Shown: positions 7,734 through 17,782, counted from the stretch's first letter. The stretch is 55,444 nucleotides of DNA from Chlamydiota bacterium (GCA_010031885.1 RGYU01000001.1:1-55444); one strand, 5' to 3'. Notes: a model not told the origin generated them from the letters alone. Program-made: numbers and translations.

Positions 7734-8936
7734 ATGAAAAATCTTTTCAGCTTAACTTTATGTCTCTCCTTATTGTCCTCCAATACCAGCGTAGATCAAT
7801 ATCTTTCTCCCTATGTTGGAGCCGATTTGATTGAGTCGACCACCGAGGGGCTGATTAGCTTTGAAGATGCGCTAAAGCCCGAGGCTGATGGGACAGTTCA
7901 ACAGATAGGAGCTGGTGTTTACCGCATAGGTACGTTGCTTTTTTTTTGGGGACCACTTGGATTCTTAGAAAATTTGATTCAACATGAAGTTTTTGGCCAC
8001 GGCTATCGAGTTAGAAGTTTCAAAAAATGGCAATACGAGGTTGTGGGATATTCCTTTTTTTCAGACTCCTCCACAGTATACACCGAGTTTCTCTACCCCC
8101 AAAAAACCAATCAAGTTTTATACAATACCGTTGTCTCTGGGGGAACCGAAGCCCAAACCCTTTTGGCCATGCACTTACGCGAAAGTTTTTTTGAAAAAGG
8201 GTTTCAAGACGGAAGATGGACGCTCACCTATAATATGGCCAATCTGGGTCTTGCGAACTATATCCATGACTACGCACGTCTCGAAAATGAGAAAAAATCC
8301 GCTCCTGAAGGACACGACATCGATCAATACCTTATAACGATCAATCAGCTCAATCCACAAAACCCTGTGTCTATTAAACAACTAGAATCGATGGCAACCC
8401 TAACTCTATTGGATCCGTTTTTTTGGAATCAGATTGTAAGCTTTTGGACATACGCACTTTTCGGTAAGGAATTACCCACACCCGTAATGACTTGGAATAC
8501 CTTTCGGTTCATCCCCTCTTTGTCGCCGAATCTGACCCCGTTTGGGCCGGAGATTATTTTTGAGCAATACTACTCAATCGGCACGACCCCGTTTAAAACC
8601 TATTTCCGCTACACACCCTTTAATAAAAGGGGAAATTATGGGGCAGGATACAAAAATCACTATATCTGGAATTATTCAGATCTACATATTGGCGCCCAAG
8701 TTGATGTTTGGGTTGCCCCAAAATTAGCCCCACTTGGCCAAGACCAGCCCCCTTTTACAAAAGAATCACGACTAAGACCTGGAATTTCGGGTTTAATTAC
8801 TTTCAGACAAACCGTAGGTTCGTTTGAGCGTTTCAAAGCGGGATTGGATTTGGGATATAAAACACAAGGCTATCTGATTGGGGCCCCAGTTCAAAAAGGG
8901 GTCGTAGGAAGCGTCAGTGCAACTTTTGAATTCTGA
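7734..8936 (+). CDS. Exported hypothetical protein, probable outer-membrane beta-barrel
   Basis: Signal peptide MKNLFSLTLCLSLLSS. The C-terminal third is rich in alternating aromatic/Gly residues. Terminal residue is Phe (SATFEF). Confidence 0.45.
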   Translation: MKNLFSLTLCLSLLSSNTSVDQYLSPYVGADLIESTTEGLISFEDALKPEADGTVQQIGAGVYRIGTLLFFWGPLGFLENLIQHEVFGHGYRVRSFKKWQYEVVGYSFFSDSSTVYTEFLYPQKTNQVLYNTVVSGGTEAQTLLAMHLRESFFEKGFQDGRWTLTYNMANLGLANYIHDYARLENEKKSAPEGHDIDQYLITINQLNPQNPVSIKQLESMATLTLLDPFFWNQIVSFWTYALFGKELPTPVMTWNTFRFIPSLSPNLTPFGPEIIFEQYYSIGTTPFKTYFRYTPFNKRGNYGAGYKNHYIWNYSDLHIGAQVDVWVAPKLAPLGQDQPPFTKESRLRPGISGLITFRQTVGSFERFKAGLDLGYKTQGYLIGAPVQKGVVGSVSATFEF

Positions 8937-8977
8937 TCAAGATAGAAAGGAAAAGCTGCTATTTTAAAAACTATCCC

Positions 8978-9934
8978 CTATTTAGCAGTGCTTGATTCTA
9001 CAGATGGTGTTTGGGAAGTTTTAAGGTCTCTTTTGATAAATGAGCTCAGGATAATTAAAAGCGAGCCAATTACTGATAAAAAATCTGGCGTGATCCCATA
9101 CATCCAGTACTCGATGAGGCCCGAAAACGGAATTGCAAGATAAAAAAGTGGCCCCAAATAGAGCGGTTTTACCCTTTTGAAGGCTATGCCTCGAAATGTT
9201 TGAATCAGTATAGTTGTCACCGAAATTGCTAGAAGCGGGGTCCAAACCGAAAACTGCTGTAAAGCTAGAGCCGTTTTTTCTCTCAAAGACTCGGGTAAAA
9301 ACAGAATCGCATACAAACCTAGAGGCAAGAAACTTAAAATCGAAGTAAACGTGAAAAAGTAGGTGAGATTCTCCTCATTGGAATGTCTTTCACGATTGTA
9401 CCCATTTAAAATTTGGGATAAAGCGGATGTGATTGCGACTAAAACGCCCAAAATACTATAAGGGTCAAAAATTCCCTTGTCCGGCTTGATGATACAAATC
9501 ACACCTATAAGGCCGATCATAATCGCCATTAAATTGGCCCGATCAGAACGATAACCGTGCAACCACTTATAAAATAGAGGCATAAAAAGAGGGGCACTGC
9601 TCCAGAACAAAGTCGCATGCAATAAAGTTCCGTTAAGCAAATATCCAAAAAAACAGTACTGACAGATCACTTCAACAAAAGCCCTCAGTAATTGCAGACC
9701 AATATTATGCAATTCATGAAACTTTTTAAAAACTCCCATAAATGCAAATACAGGAACAATGAGTACAAGCGGTATAAAAAACCTTAAAAATAGGAGCAAA
9801 GCAAATGGAAGTTCTTCTACCCCAACTTTGCCAAAAAAAGCAAATAGAGCGGCAAACATGGAGGACAAAACCATGTAAATAACCGCAGTCGTCTCTGGCT
9901 GCTGAATGGTGTTTAAAAAACGTTTCAATGACAT
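8978..9934 (-). CDS. DMT-superfamily (EamA-like) permease
   Basis: About 10 TM helices arranged as two 5-TM halves. The ORF track begins at a TTG (10015). The first ATG (MSLKRFLNT..., 9934) is taken as the start. Confidence 0.55.
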   Translation of the reverse strand: MSLKRFLNTIQQPETTAVIYMVLSSMFAALFAFFGKVGVEELPFALLLFLRFFIPLVLIVPVFAFMGVFKKFHELHNIGLQLLRAFVEVICQYCFFGYLLNGTLLHATLFWSSAPLFMPLFYKWLHGYRSDRANLMAIMIGLIGVICIIKPDKGIFDPYSILGVLVAITSALSQILNGYNRERHSNEENLTYFFTFTSILSFLPLGLYAILFLPESLREKTALALQQFSVWTPLLAISVTTILIQTFRGIAFKRVKPLYLGPLFYLAIPFSGLIEYWMYGITPDFLSVIGSLLIILSSFIKRDLKTSQTPSVESSTAK

Positions 9935-10224
9935 GCTTAGGGGGATCCTAATTTTTATCGTATCAGAGTCCAGATTTCTTAAACAAAAGGATAATAAAAA
10001 ACCATTTACAGGCAATCTCTGGGCTGGTTTTTTTAAAAAAAATTTGCATTTTAGTCAAATAATTTATTAATAATCCTCGCGCTCTAACCTGTTGATATTC
10101 AGTAAATGGGCCAGTTCAGCTATCATGACCTATTTATTGCCTAAAAGAGGCGATATATCGTCTTGGAATAAAATCGTCAGTTGTAAAACTAAATTTTTAT
10201 TTACATCTGTTTTTTTAACCTCTA

Positions 10225-10253
10225 TTGCCTTTTATCTAAACCCGTGCTACTAT
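10225..10253 (+). promoter_or_regulatory. Candidate sigma-70-type promoter for the NTT gene
   Basis: TTGCCT (10225-10230), 17-nt spacer, TACTAT (10248-10253). It lies inside the annotated N-terminal extension and so supports the 10280 ATG. Confidence 0.25.
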
Positions 10254-10279
10254 CTTATGAATTTCGAACAAGTGGATCT

Positions 10280-11803
10280 ATGCAGCACACAGAAAAGCAC
10301 CCTGCCTTCGGGAAATGGAGAAATAGATTGTGGCCATTTCATCATCATGAAATGAAAAAACTCCTCCCCTTGGTGTTGATGAAATTTCTGGTTTCGGTCA
10401 TCTACTGTATACTTTTTTGTTTAAAAGAGACCATTACGGTCACCTCTAAAGGGTCCGGTGCCGAGGCTATCACCGTTTTGAAAAGTGTTGTTGTATTGCC
10501 GGCCGCGTTTATCGCGGCTCTTTGTTATTCGCGCATGTCCAATATTTTAAAGAAAACGACCCTGTTTTACGCCACTACAGGTTCTTTTTTGGTCATACTC
10601 TTTTTATACGCGTTTGCCCTCTACCCTAATGCAGATTTTCTCACCCCCACGCAATCTGCAGACTGGCTCACCTCTTTAGTAGGAGAAACAAATACCCACT
10701 GGGTCTCTATCTACCGCAACTGGATGCACGCACTGTTTTTTGTGACAGCGGAGCTCTGGGGAAGCATCATGATTTTGGTCGTGTTCTGGGGATTTGCCAA
10801 CGACATTACATCTGTATCAGAAGCTAAACGCTCATACAATCTCTACATCGCAGCGGGCAATCTTGCCCCAATGTTCACAGGGATTGCGGTAACGTGGGTT
10901 TCAACAAAGCTTTCTATCTTCGCCTTTGCTTTCACCGTTAAATGCCTCATCTCTTTTGCCCTTATTGCAGGTGTCTTGGTAATTGGAATGTACACTTATG
11001 TACAAAAAAAGGTTATTGGATCCTCCCTACCTGAAGCTGAACCTTTAACCACTCAGTCGAATACAAAGAAAGAAAAACTCTCTTTTATCCAGGGGATGAG
11101 ACATCTTTTAGGTTCCCCCTATTTGCTAGGAATTGCTGTGCTTGTTGTGGGGTATGGTCTGTGTATCACTTTAGTTGAAGTGGCATGGAAAGCTAACCTT
11201 AAACTTGCCTTCCCCGATCCGGCCGAGTACCAAGCATTCACAGGTGTTTGTCAATCTATGGTTGGAACATTTGCTTTCTTCATATCGGCCTTTTTGGGTA
11301 GCTCTATGCTGCGCCGCCTTGGATGGCGCGCGACTGCGCAAATGGCTCCTGTGGTTGTAGGTGGATCAGGCCTTGCATTTCTCCTTTTATGCTCCAGCCC
11401 CTCATTCAATCAGTTTCTCTCCACAACTGTTGGGATCACCCCTCTTCTAATGCTTGTATATCTTGGTGCGTTCAATAACGTGGCCAGTAAAATCGCTAAA
11501 TATTCCTTCTTTGATCCGACAAAAGAGATGGCATTTATCCCCCTTACCGATGCAGAAAAAGTCAAAGGGAAAGCATCGATTGATATCGTTGGTTCTAGAC
11601 TTGGAAAATCGGGCGCTTCTTGGATTCAGGTTTTTTTGATCAGTTTTGCGGGATCAGGATCCGTACTTTCAATCACGCACCTTTTAGTCCCTATTGTTTT
11701 CTTAGCAACATCTGGGTGGGTTTATTCAGTGCAATCGCTTCACCAAAAGTTTTCAAGGAAAACTCGAGAAATGGAAGTGGCTTCCGATGTCGCTTTGACC
11801 TAA
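10280..11803 (+). CDS. ntt: ATP/ADP (nucleotide) translocase, TLC/NTT family
   Basis: FGKWRNRLWPFHHHEMKKLLPLVLMKF...VTSKGSGAEAITVLKSVVVLPAA closely matches the conserved N-terminus of chlamydial/rickettsial/plastid NTTs. About 12 TM helices. Start taken at MQHTEK. Confidence 0.85.
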   Translation: MQHTEKHPAFGKWRNRLWPFHHHEMKKLLPLVLMKFLVSVIYCILFCLKETITVTSKGSGAEAITVLKSVVVLPAAFIAALCYSRMSNILKKTTLFYATTGSFLVILFLYAFALYPNADFLTPTQSADWLTSLVGETNTHWVSIYRNWMHALFFVTAELWGSIMILVVFWGFANDITSVSEAKRSYNLYIAAGNLAPMFTGIAVTWVSTKLSIFAFAFTVKCLISFALIAGVLVIGMYTYVQKKVIGSSLPEAEPLTTQSNTKKEKLSFIQGMRHLLGSPYLLGIAVLVVGYGLCITLVEVAWKANLKLAFPDPAEYQAFTGVCQSMVGTFAFFISAFLGSSMLRRLGWRATAQMAPVVVGGSGLAFLLLCSSPSFNQFLSTTVGITPLLMLVYLGAFNNVASKIAKYSFFDPTKEMAFIPLTDAEKVKGKASIDIVGSRLGKSGASWIQVFLISFAGSGSVLSITHLLVPIVFLATSGWVYSVQSLHQKFSRKTREMEVASDVALT

Positions 11804-11809
11804 TTAGAC

Positions 11810-11853
11810 CAAGATTTAAAAAGGGTTCTTTTTAGATCTTGTTTTTTGTTTTT
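11810..11853 (+). terminator. Rho-independent terminator of ntt
   Basis: 14-bp stem CAAGATTTAAAAAG/CTTTTTAGATCTTG (one mismatch), loop GGTT, then TTTTTTGTTTTT. Confidence 0.7.
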
Positions 11854-11953
11854 ATTTCTTTTTACATCATTTTGAACCCACTCATTTTGTATCACTTGGG
11901 TTTAAAAAGTCTTTTATGCTATTGTAAACCAACAGGTTTATTTGAGTAATTTT

Positions 11954-13069
11954 ATGAAGAAAATCGACTGGGTCACATTAGGGTATATTGGCAGCTACCA
12001 TCTGCTACTTTTAATCTGTTTGCCTGCCTATCTTTACCTCTTTACCCCATCCACCGGGCTCGTCTTATCGATGATCTGCCTTGTTTTTGCCTGCGGCATT
12101 GGAATTACAGCGGGATATCATCGTTGCTTTTCACACCCCTGCTACAAGGCGCATCCTGTGGTTGAGGCGATTCTTTTATTTTTTGGCAATTTGGCAACTC
12201 AAGGAAGTGCATTACGTTGGTCTTATGAGCATCGCGTGCATCACGCCTATGTAGATAAAGACGAGGATCCCTACTCAGTAGCAAAAGGGTTTTGGCACGC
12301 ACATATTCTTTGGCTTTTTAAGATTCGTCCGGGAATCGACACAAAAGTTGTAAGTGACCTCATGCGAAATCCTCTGATTCTCTTTCAACACCGCTATTAT
12401 GTTATTTTATTAATTATCCAACAAATATTGGTCACCTTATTTTTTGGATGGTTACTCAATGACTACGTAGGTTCTTTTGTTTTTTGCTTTTTGCTTCGCT
12501 CATTTTTATCCCATCACACAACTTGGTTCATCAATTCTCTTGCACACACCTGGGGAGAGCAAAATTTTTCCAAAGAGCACTCTGCAGTAGATAACTTCAT
12601 TATTTCATTGCTTACCTACGGAGAGGGTTATCACAATTACCACCATACATTCGCAAATGATTACCGGAACGGGATTCGCTGGTACCACTATGATCCGACC
12701 AAATGGCTGATTTTTATCCTTTCGAAGCTAGGACTAGCTTACAATCTTCGTCGCATGAACTTTGAAAAGATTCAATTTCAACTAATTATTGAGCACAAAA
12801 AAGAGCTTTTGAAAAACCTGGCTCAATCGATTGTTGCTTCAAAAGAAGAGTTGATCGATCGTGTACACAAGCAAGCTGATTCTTTGACTAAAACGCTTGA
12901 GGATTTCATCCAGAAGGGGAAAAAGTATAAAGAGCTTAAAAAAGATTTTAAAGATTTGAAGGCCCACTTGAAAAAAGAGATCCGTCTCTTAAAAGGGCAG
13001 CTTCAGTACGAATGGAAGAACTGGGATAACCTCTCGGATTATATTCATAAACTAAAGAAACTTGCTTAA
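11954..13069 (+). CDS. Membrane acyl-CoA/acyl-lipid delta-9-type fatty-acid desaturase with Lys-rich coiled-coil C-terminal tail
   Basis: Three His boxes: HRCFSH, HRVHH, HNYHH. Four TM segments. The last about 100 aa are KE-rich heptad-like sequence. The start may instead be the TTG at 11942. Confidence 0.85.
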   Translation: MKKIDWVTLGYIGSYHLLLLICLPAYLYLFTPSTGLVLSMICLVFACGIGITAGYHRCFSHPCYKAHPVVEAILLFFGNLATQGSALRWSYEHRVHHAYVDKDEDPYSVAKGFWHAHILWLFKIRPGIDTKVVSDLMRNPLILFQHRYYVILLIIQQILVTLFFGWLLNDYVGSFVFCFLLRSFLSHHTTWFINSLAHTWGEQNFSKEHSAVDNFIISLLTYGEGYHNYHHTFANDYRNGIRWYHYDPTKWLIFILSKLGLAYNLRRMNFEKIQFQLIIEHKKELLKNLAQSIVASKEELIDRVHKQADSLTKTLEDFIQKGKKYKELKKDFKDLKAHLKKEIRLLKGQLQYEWKNWDNLSDYIHKLKKLA

Positions 13070-13081
13070 TCAGATTCTTCA

Positions 13082-13687
13082 ATGAGAAAAACCGGCATCC
13101 TTACTTACGAGGCAAAATACCAGACGAATTGCCTAGAATTCAATCCATTCAAACCGAATGTAAAACCGGAAAAAATTTTTGAATCTATTGAACTTTCTCT
13201 CAATAGCCCGGGCTACATCCCTTTTTTGTCTAAAATATCCGGCAAAGGGCGAATTATGTTTGCTCTTGCCCAAATTATCTTCGGAATTAGCTATGCTATT
13301 TTTGACGCGATGCATATCTCGGGAGGAAATCTCACTCCCCGAGATGGCACATCTCATATTCTTAGCAAAATCCGTAAAGGCAGATTAACACTAGAAAAAA
13401 TATTCAGCTTTTTTTCCCATACTGCCTACGTATTCCAATCTGCACCGGACCACAACACGGATGAGCGAGACTATGTCCACTACAATCATAAAAATCGACA
13501 TGTAGATTGGGTTGCACATGGAGCTTTAAATTTTTTTAGAGGGATAGTCGAGAGCGAATTGCCCACAGGGATTGCAAATGCCTCCCTTTTTGTATACGAC
13601 ATTGTTCACAAATATCGTTTTGAGTACATTCATCACGAATATAAATTTAAACCGCATACTACTTTTCTCAGAACATTAAGAAATTAG
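13082..13687 (+). CDS. Hypothetical protein
   Basis: ORF only. One hydrophobic segment (IMFALAQIIFGISYAIF). His-rich C-terminal half. No motif recognised. Confidence 0.4.
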   Translation: MRKTGILTYEAKYQTNCLEFNPFKPNVKPEKIFESIELSLNSPGYIPFLSKISGKGRIMFALAQIIFGISYAIFDAMHISGGNLTPRDGTSHILSKIRKGRLTLEKIFSFFSHTAYVFQSAPDHNTDERDYVHYNHKNRHVDWVAHGALNFFRGIVESELPTGIANASLFVYDIVHKYRFEYIHHEYKFKPHTTFLRTLRN

Positions 13688-13691
13688 ATCA

Positions 13692-14678
13692 ATGATGTAC
13701 AAACAAGCATTCCTTTTTTTCTTTTCTTTCGGTTGTTTGGCACTCAGTGGGGCCCATAATATAAATTACGATGATTTGCCTTTGGAGCTCCAGATTCCCT
13801 GGACAACTGGACCCATCCTTACACCTTCGGCACGCACACTACCCAAGGGGCACATCAACTTCCAGCCTTACGTATTTTACAGTGAGGTTCAAGGACATTT
13901 TGACAATCACTGGAAGCTTGAAACAGGGTCTAATGCTGAAAACGTCAATTTTGAAACCTGGATTACCTACGGTTTAACCGATTGGATGGATGTCACATTG
14001 ATGGGACAATTTTTTTCCAATATTAAAGGTGGAAACAGCTACACAGCTTTGGGCAACTCCCTCCTTGGGTTCGACTTTCAATTGCTTAAAGAGGATCTCA
14101 AAGGGTATACTCCGGCGGTCAAGTTGATCCTATGTGAGGTATTTCCAACTGGCTCGTACAATGACCTTGATTACACTGAAGGGGGTCTTGATGTTACTGG
14201 AGACGGGTCGTATTCTACAAAAATTGCTATAGTTTTTGGAAAAACCTATCATATTAAAGACTTCATCTGGGTAAATACACGCTATTCATTTGGATATTTT
14301 TATTTTTCTCCCGTTAAAGTGAAAGGATTTAATACTTATGGAGGGGGTTTTAATACTTATGGGACGGTAACAAGATGGGGAAGTCTACCGATTAGCGTGG
14401 GTGTTGAGTTAACCCTTACCAGAAATTTAGCAGTAGCGTTTGATATTCTGTCACTGCTTGGGGGCCCTAATAAATTTAAAGGGAATCCGGGTTTTACAGA
14501 CTTGGGAGTCGCGCCTAATATAGGAAACAAACGGGTCTATCAACTATCAATTGCCCCTGCAGTTGAATGGAGTTTTAGCCCCCAACTCGGTCTTATCTGT
14601 GGAGGTTGGTTTAGCCTATACGGACACAATGCCGACAAATTTTCTTCTTTTGTTTTTTCGATCAACATTTACAAATAA
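13692..14678 (+). CDS. Exported putative outer-membrane beta-barrel protein
   Basis: Signal peptide MMYKQAFLFFFSFGCLALSGA. Alternating hydrophobic/aromatic beta-strand pattern throughout. Gly/Tyr/Asn-rich loops. Confidence 0.5.
   Translation: MMYKQAFLFFFSFGCLALSGAHNINYDDLPLELQIPWTTGPILTPSARTLPKGHINFQPYVFYSEVQGHFDNHWKLETGSNAENVNFETWITYGLTDWMDVTLMGQFFSNIKGGNSYTALGNSLLGFDFQLLKEDLKGYTPAVKLILCEVFPTGSYNDLDYTEGGLDVTGDGSYSTKIAIVFGKTYHIKDFIWVNTRYSFGYFYFSPVKVKGFNTYGGGFNTYGTVTRWGSLPISVGVELTLTRNLAVAFDILSLLGGPNKFKGNPGFTDLGVAPNIGNKRVYQLSIAPAVEWSFSPQLGLICGGWFSLYGHNADKFSSFVFSINIYK
14325..14366. repeat. 21-bp tandem duplication inside the OMP gene (GFNTYGG x2)
   Basis: TTTAATACTTATGG occurs at 14328-14341 and again at 14349-14362 (period 21 nt = 7 codons). 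Confidence 0.7.
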
Positions 14679-14703
14679 AACCAATTCTCAATTAAGAGAT
14701 TCT

Positions 14704-15222
14704 CTAAAATCTAAATCCATATTGAAAAGTAAGGACCGACCACAAGCTTGGTCTAATTAGAGCATAGTCAAAAATGGCTAGATCTAGTTGATAAAAATAG
14801 TCTTCAAACTCTTTTCCAAATGTAATGTGTGGACTCAATCCTAAGTAGTTTGGACTTTTCCAGAAAAAGCCGACATCCAGATTCGCGCCGGCTCCCAGGT
14901 AGTATCCGTCATTGTTCAAGTAGTAGTAATAACTGGCACCGGCAAAAATTTTCGACATAACCCCTACACTTTTTAAGCCACCCAAAAACTCATAAAAGCT
15001 ATGAGAGGTCATTTGCCTACGACCAAATGTCAACTCAGGTATTGGCAAGGGTATACCGATCCCGACGGTAACATACTGGTAAAAAGATGGACTATACGAC
15101 TTATCAAACCCATCGATTTGCCACTCTTTTTGAAATCCCTCAAAAGGATTGATTCCATCAAGCGCACAAAGAGTTGCCATTTTTAGAAAGATCAAGCCAA
15201 AAAAAGGGCTCTTTTGCGACAT
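14704..15222 (-). CDS. Small putative outer-membrane beta-barrel protein
   Basis: 172 aa, Tyr/Gly-rich. Ends in the OMP-type signature QYGFRF (terminal Phe). N-terminal hydrophobic stretch. Confidence 0.5.
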   Translation of the reverse strand: MSQKSPFFGLIFLKMATLCALDGINPFEGFQKEWQIDGFDKSYSPSFYQYVTVGIGIPLPIPELTFGRRQMTSHSFYEFLGGLKSVGVMSKIFAGASYYYYLNNDGYYLGAGANLDVGFFWKSPNYLGLSPHITFGKEFEDYFYQLDLAIFDYALIRPSLWSVLTFQYGFRF

Positions 15223-15361
15223 AAATCCTCTTTTTCATCTAAAATTAGCTCTTGGGTCGATTTGGAGCAATCGGATTTGTTTACTCAAAAAAGGAGTAAT
15301 CAAAAGCGTTTCATTCGAGATCTATTTGCTAAAAAATGAAACATGGATTAAAGCCCAATTC

Positions 15362-16642
15362 ATGGATCAAAAAAGGGTGAAAATTACCACCGATTATCTG
15401 GATTTTATGGGTCATCTGAAAAAAATCGATACCCCATCCATGAAAAACTTTGTTCAAGAATTTGACCAGCTATTTTTGGCTAACGAGAGATTAACCGAGG
15501 CTTCTAAACTTCAAAAATTGTCTCAAGAGGATTTTCATTTTCCCTTCTTTAATGAAAAGCTGATTGAAGAATTTTTAAATAGAGCAGATTTTAAGGTCAA
15601 TGATAGCTCCTCCTCTGGCCAATATTTTGAATTTATTAGAGAAATCGTTGATGTAAATATTCCTATACAAATCTCACTTCAGGATCTTTTTCGGATATCT
15701 GAGAAGGGACTTCAAAGAAACCTCAATGAGGTTCACAGACTTTTGCAAAATGGGCAAAAAAACGAGGCCCTCGACCTTTTGGCTGTTTTAATCCTCTTTG
15801 CACCGGAATACCCTCATCTGTGGATCATTAAAGGTGTCCTGAACTTTTTAGACAACCAGCACGATGATGCAATCCTTGCTTTTTTAATCGCTCTTTATCA
15901 ATCCCCCCTCGCTCTTCATAGTCTGATTCCATTGCTTTATGTTCTTCATCAGACAAATCATCCCGATTATCCCTCCTTCAAGACATGGTTTCATCAACAC
16001 AAAAACAAAAGCTATACCGATTATGACACCCCAAAGTACTTTAAAGAACTTTGCGAGCAAGAGCATGAGATTAAATCGCACGACGAGCTCTTACTCAGCA
16101 TTCCAAAAGGATTAGGCAATCGATACTCTTATGCAACAATGATCGATGAGATTAGCAAACTAAGAAAAGATGGATTTCCTGATAGCCTATACAGACTATC
16201 GGAGACAATTTTTGACGATCGATTTGAGACTCTTTCACATCAACTGAAAGATCCAACTTTGAGATTTTTTTTTAGAATTACTAAGAAAAATCCCCAGGAG
16301 ATCGATAAGGAAATATCCCACAAAAATCTCTACCTCTACTCTTTGGCGCTTACATCACGTGGGTTCTTTTTAGGTCTAAAAATACCTTACTTTGGATACG
16401 CAAAATCTAAGACAGATACGATTTTTCTCATAAAAGACCTCTTGTCAGCTTCTCTACTTCTCTCTTTATTTCATGCCTTGCAGATTCTAGTAAAAGACGA
16501 ATCGGTCATGTCCTTAGAACGACAAACCGAAAATATTTTTAAGCTTGCATATCTAAGCTCAAATGTTCTCCCTTTAGCAAATTCTTTAAGCGGATTAAAG
16601 ATTATCGACGCCCTAATTATCGATATTATTGAGAGAATCTAG
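15362..16642 (+). CDS. Hypothetical protein with TPR-like segment and hydrophobic C-terminus
   Basis: Start moved to the ATG at 15362, because the 15149 start would overlap the divergent ORF 14704..15222. NGQKNEALDLLAVLILFAPEYPHLWIIKGVLNFLDNQHDDAILAFLIALYQSP looks like 1.5 TPR units. Confidence 0.5.
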   Translation: MDQKRVKITTDYLDFMGHLKKIDTPSMKNFVQEFDQLFLANERLTEASKLQKLSQEDFHFPFFNEKLIEEFLNRADFKVNDSSSSGQYFEFIREIVDVNIPIQISLQDLFRISEKGLQRNLNEVHRLLQNGQKNEALDLLAVLILFAPEYPHLWIIKGVLNFLDNQHDDAILAFLIALYQSPLALHSLIPLLYVLHQTNHPDYPSFKTWFHQHKNKSYTDYDTPKYFKELCEQEHEIKSHDELLLSIPKGLGNRYSYATMIDEISKLRKDGFPDSLYRLSETIFDDRFETLSHQLKDPTLRFFFRITKKNPQEIDKEISHKNLYLYSLALTSRGFFLGLKIPYFGYAKSKTDTIFLIKDLLSASLLLSLFHALQILVKDESVMSLERQTENIFKLAYLSSNVLPLANSLSGLKIIDALIIDIIERI

Positions 16643-16834
16643 CCAATCGTAGAATTCATTTGCTAAATCTGTAATCCAATTGCTCAACAAAAATCCTTGA
16701 TCTTTCTTAAAAAGATAGTATTTGATTGTTTTTCATATTTAGATTAAAGTTTATTAATTTTTTAAATTAAATTAATCGACTTTTTATTTGAAAGTCCTTT
16801 TAAAACTTACATAAAATTAAAGGAATAGATCGGT

Positions 16835-17734
16835 ATGATTACTAAGATTTCTGATTATAATTTCGATATTACTGACTTTGATCTTTTCAAAAGCACACCA
16901 AATTACATTCCTAAAGAGTTTGTAACGATTATCGATTCTTTTGCAGCGACATTTTTTTTAACTCTTGAGCCAACCCACTTTAAGCTTTGTTCTGTCCCCT
17001 TTCTTTTAAATGCCCAAAATCTTCATCAAAAAACAGATATACCGCTTTCACAAAAAAACGCCCAAGTAATCCTTAAAATTGCTATTTGTATCATTGTCGG
17101 AGTTTTAGCAATCAAAGCTAAGGCAATTATATTGGTTCCCATGAGTGTATACCTTATCTCAAAAAATCTGAACTTTACCAAAAGTACACCAGCAAAAAAA
17201 GTCCCTATTGATCAAAGCCCTATTTCCGCATTACATACGCCTTCCCCACCGTCTGCCCAGAATTCAGATTCTGAAGAATCGGTAAAGAGAAATAAGCTTA
17301 GCTGGAATCTTTTTTCAGGGCAGGGGCAACCATATACCGCTTCACAAGACTCGGATGGAGAACCTGCAGACAATTCGAGTGGGGGAATACAACTTTTTTT
17401 TGGAGAAGATAGCATCGCAAGCAAAACTTTCGAGGGTATAATCACAAATCACCCCCCCATTTTAAATTTGCAGGAAATAGGGGAAAATACAGACAATTCT
17501 CAAGAACAAGAAGGTATCCCTTCAAAAGCTTTGCCTCTAGAAATGAAGTCCCTGTTTAAATCTAATCCACGAACGCCCCAATCAGGCAATCGGAAGCACG
17601 CATCTGGTAAAATTGAAACTTTTGACTTACCAGAGGTTCAAGGGGGTGGAGTCGCAGCGGGGGCGCAGCCAGGCAAAAAGAATCGACATCGTCGCAAAAA
17701 TAAAGGAACAGAGGTTTCACAAAATCCCAAATAG
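16835..17734 (+). CDS. Membrane-inserted hypothetical protein with long Ser/Pro/Gln-rich disordered tail (Inc/effector-like), paralogue A
   Basis: N-terminal about 115 aa carries hydrophobic helices (ILKIAICIIVGVLAIKAKAIILVPMSVYLI). The low-complexity tail ends in the basic patch KKNRHRRKNK. Confidence 0.5.
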   Translation: MITKISDYNFDITDFDLFKSTPNYIPKEFVTIIDSFAATFFLTLEPTHFKLCSVPFLLNAQNLHQKTDIPLSQKNAQVILKIAICIIVGVLAIKAKAIILVPMSVYLISKNLNFTKSTPAKKVPIDQSPISALHTPSPPSAQNSDSEESVKRNKLSWNLFSGQGQPYTASQDSDGEPADNSSGGIQLFFGEDSIASKTFEGIITNHPPILNLQEIGENTDNSQEQEGIPSKALPLEMKSLFKSNPRTPQSGNRKHASGKIETFDLPEVQGGGVAAGAQPGKKNRHRRKNKGTEVSQNPK

Positions 17735-17754
17735 TCTTCTACGGATATAAAAAG

Positions 17755-17782
17755 GCGGGAACAATAATTTCCCGCTTTTTTT
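17755..17782 (+). terminator. Rho-independent terminator
   Basis: Stem GCGGGAA/TTCCCGC, loop CAATAAT, then T7. Confidence 0.7.

Noticed and set aside
7984-8010. HEVFGHG in ORF 7734..8936 as a possible zinc-metalloprotease motif
   Set aside because: The spacing is HExxxH, not the zincin HExxH. No downstream third ligand motif was recognised. The protein looks more like an OM beta-barrel.
10092-10355. 87-aa ORF and the 12-codon N-terminal extension (10244-10279) upstream of ntt
   Set aside because: Homology to NTT proteins begins just after MQHTEK. A plausible -35/-10 pair lies inside the extension. The 87-aa ORF has no features and overlaps the real gene.
15149-15361. N-terminal 71 codons of ORF 15149..16642
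   Set aside because: They would overlap the divergently transcribed beta-barrel ORF 14704..15222 by 74 nt. The internal ATG at 15362 removes the conflict.
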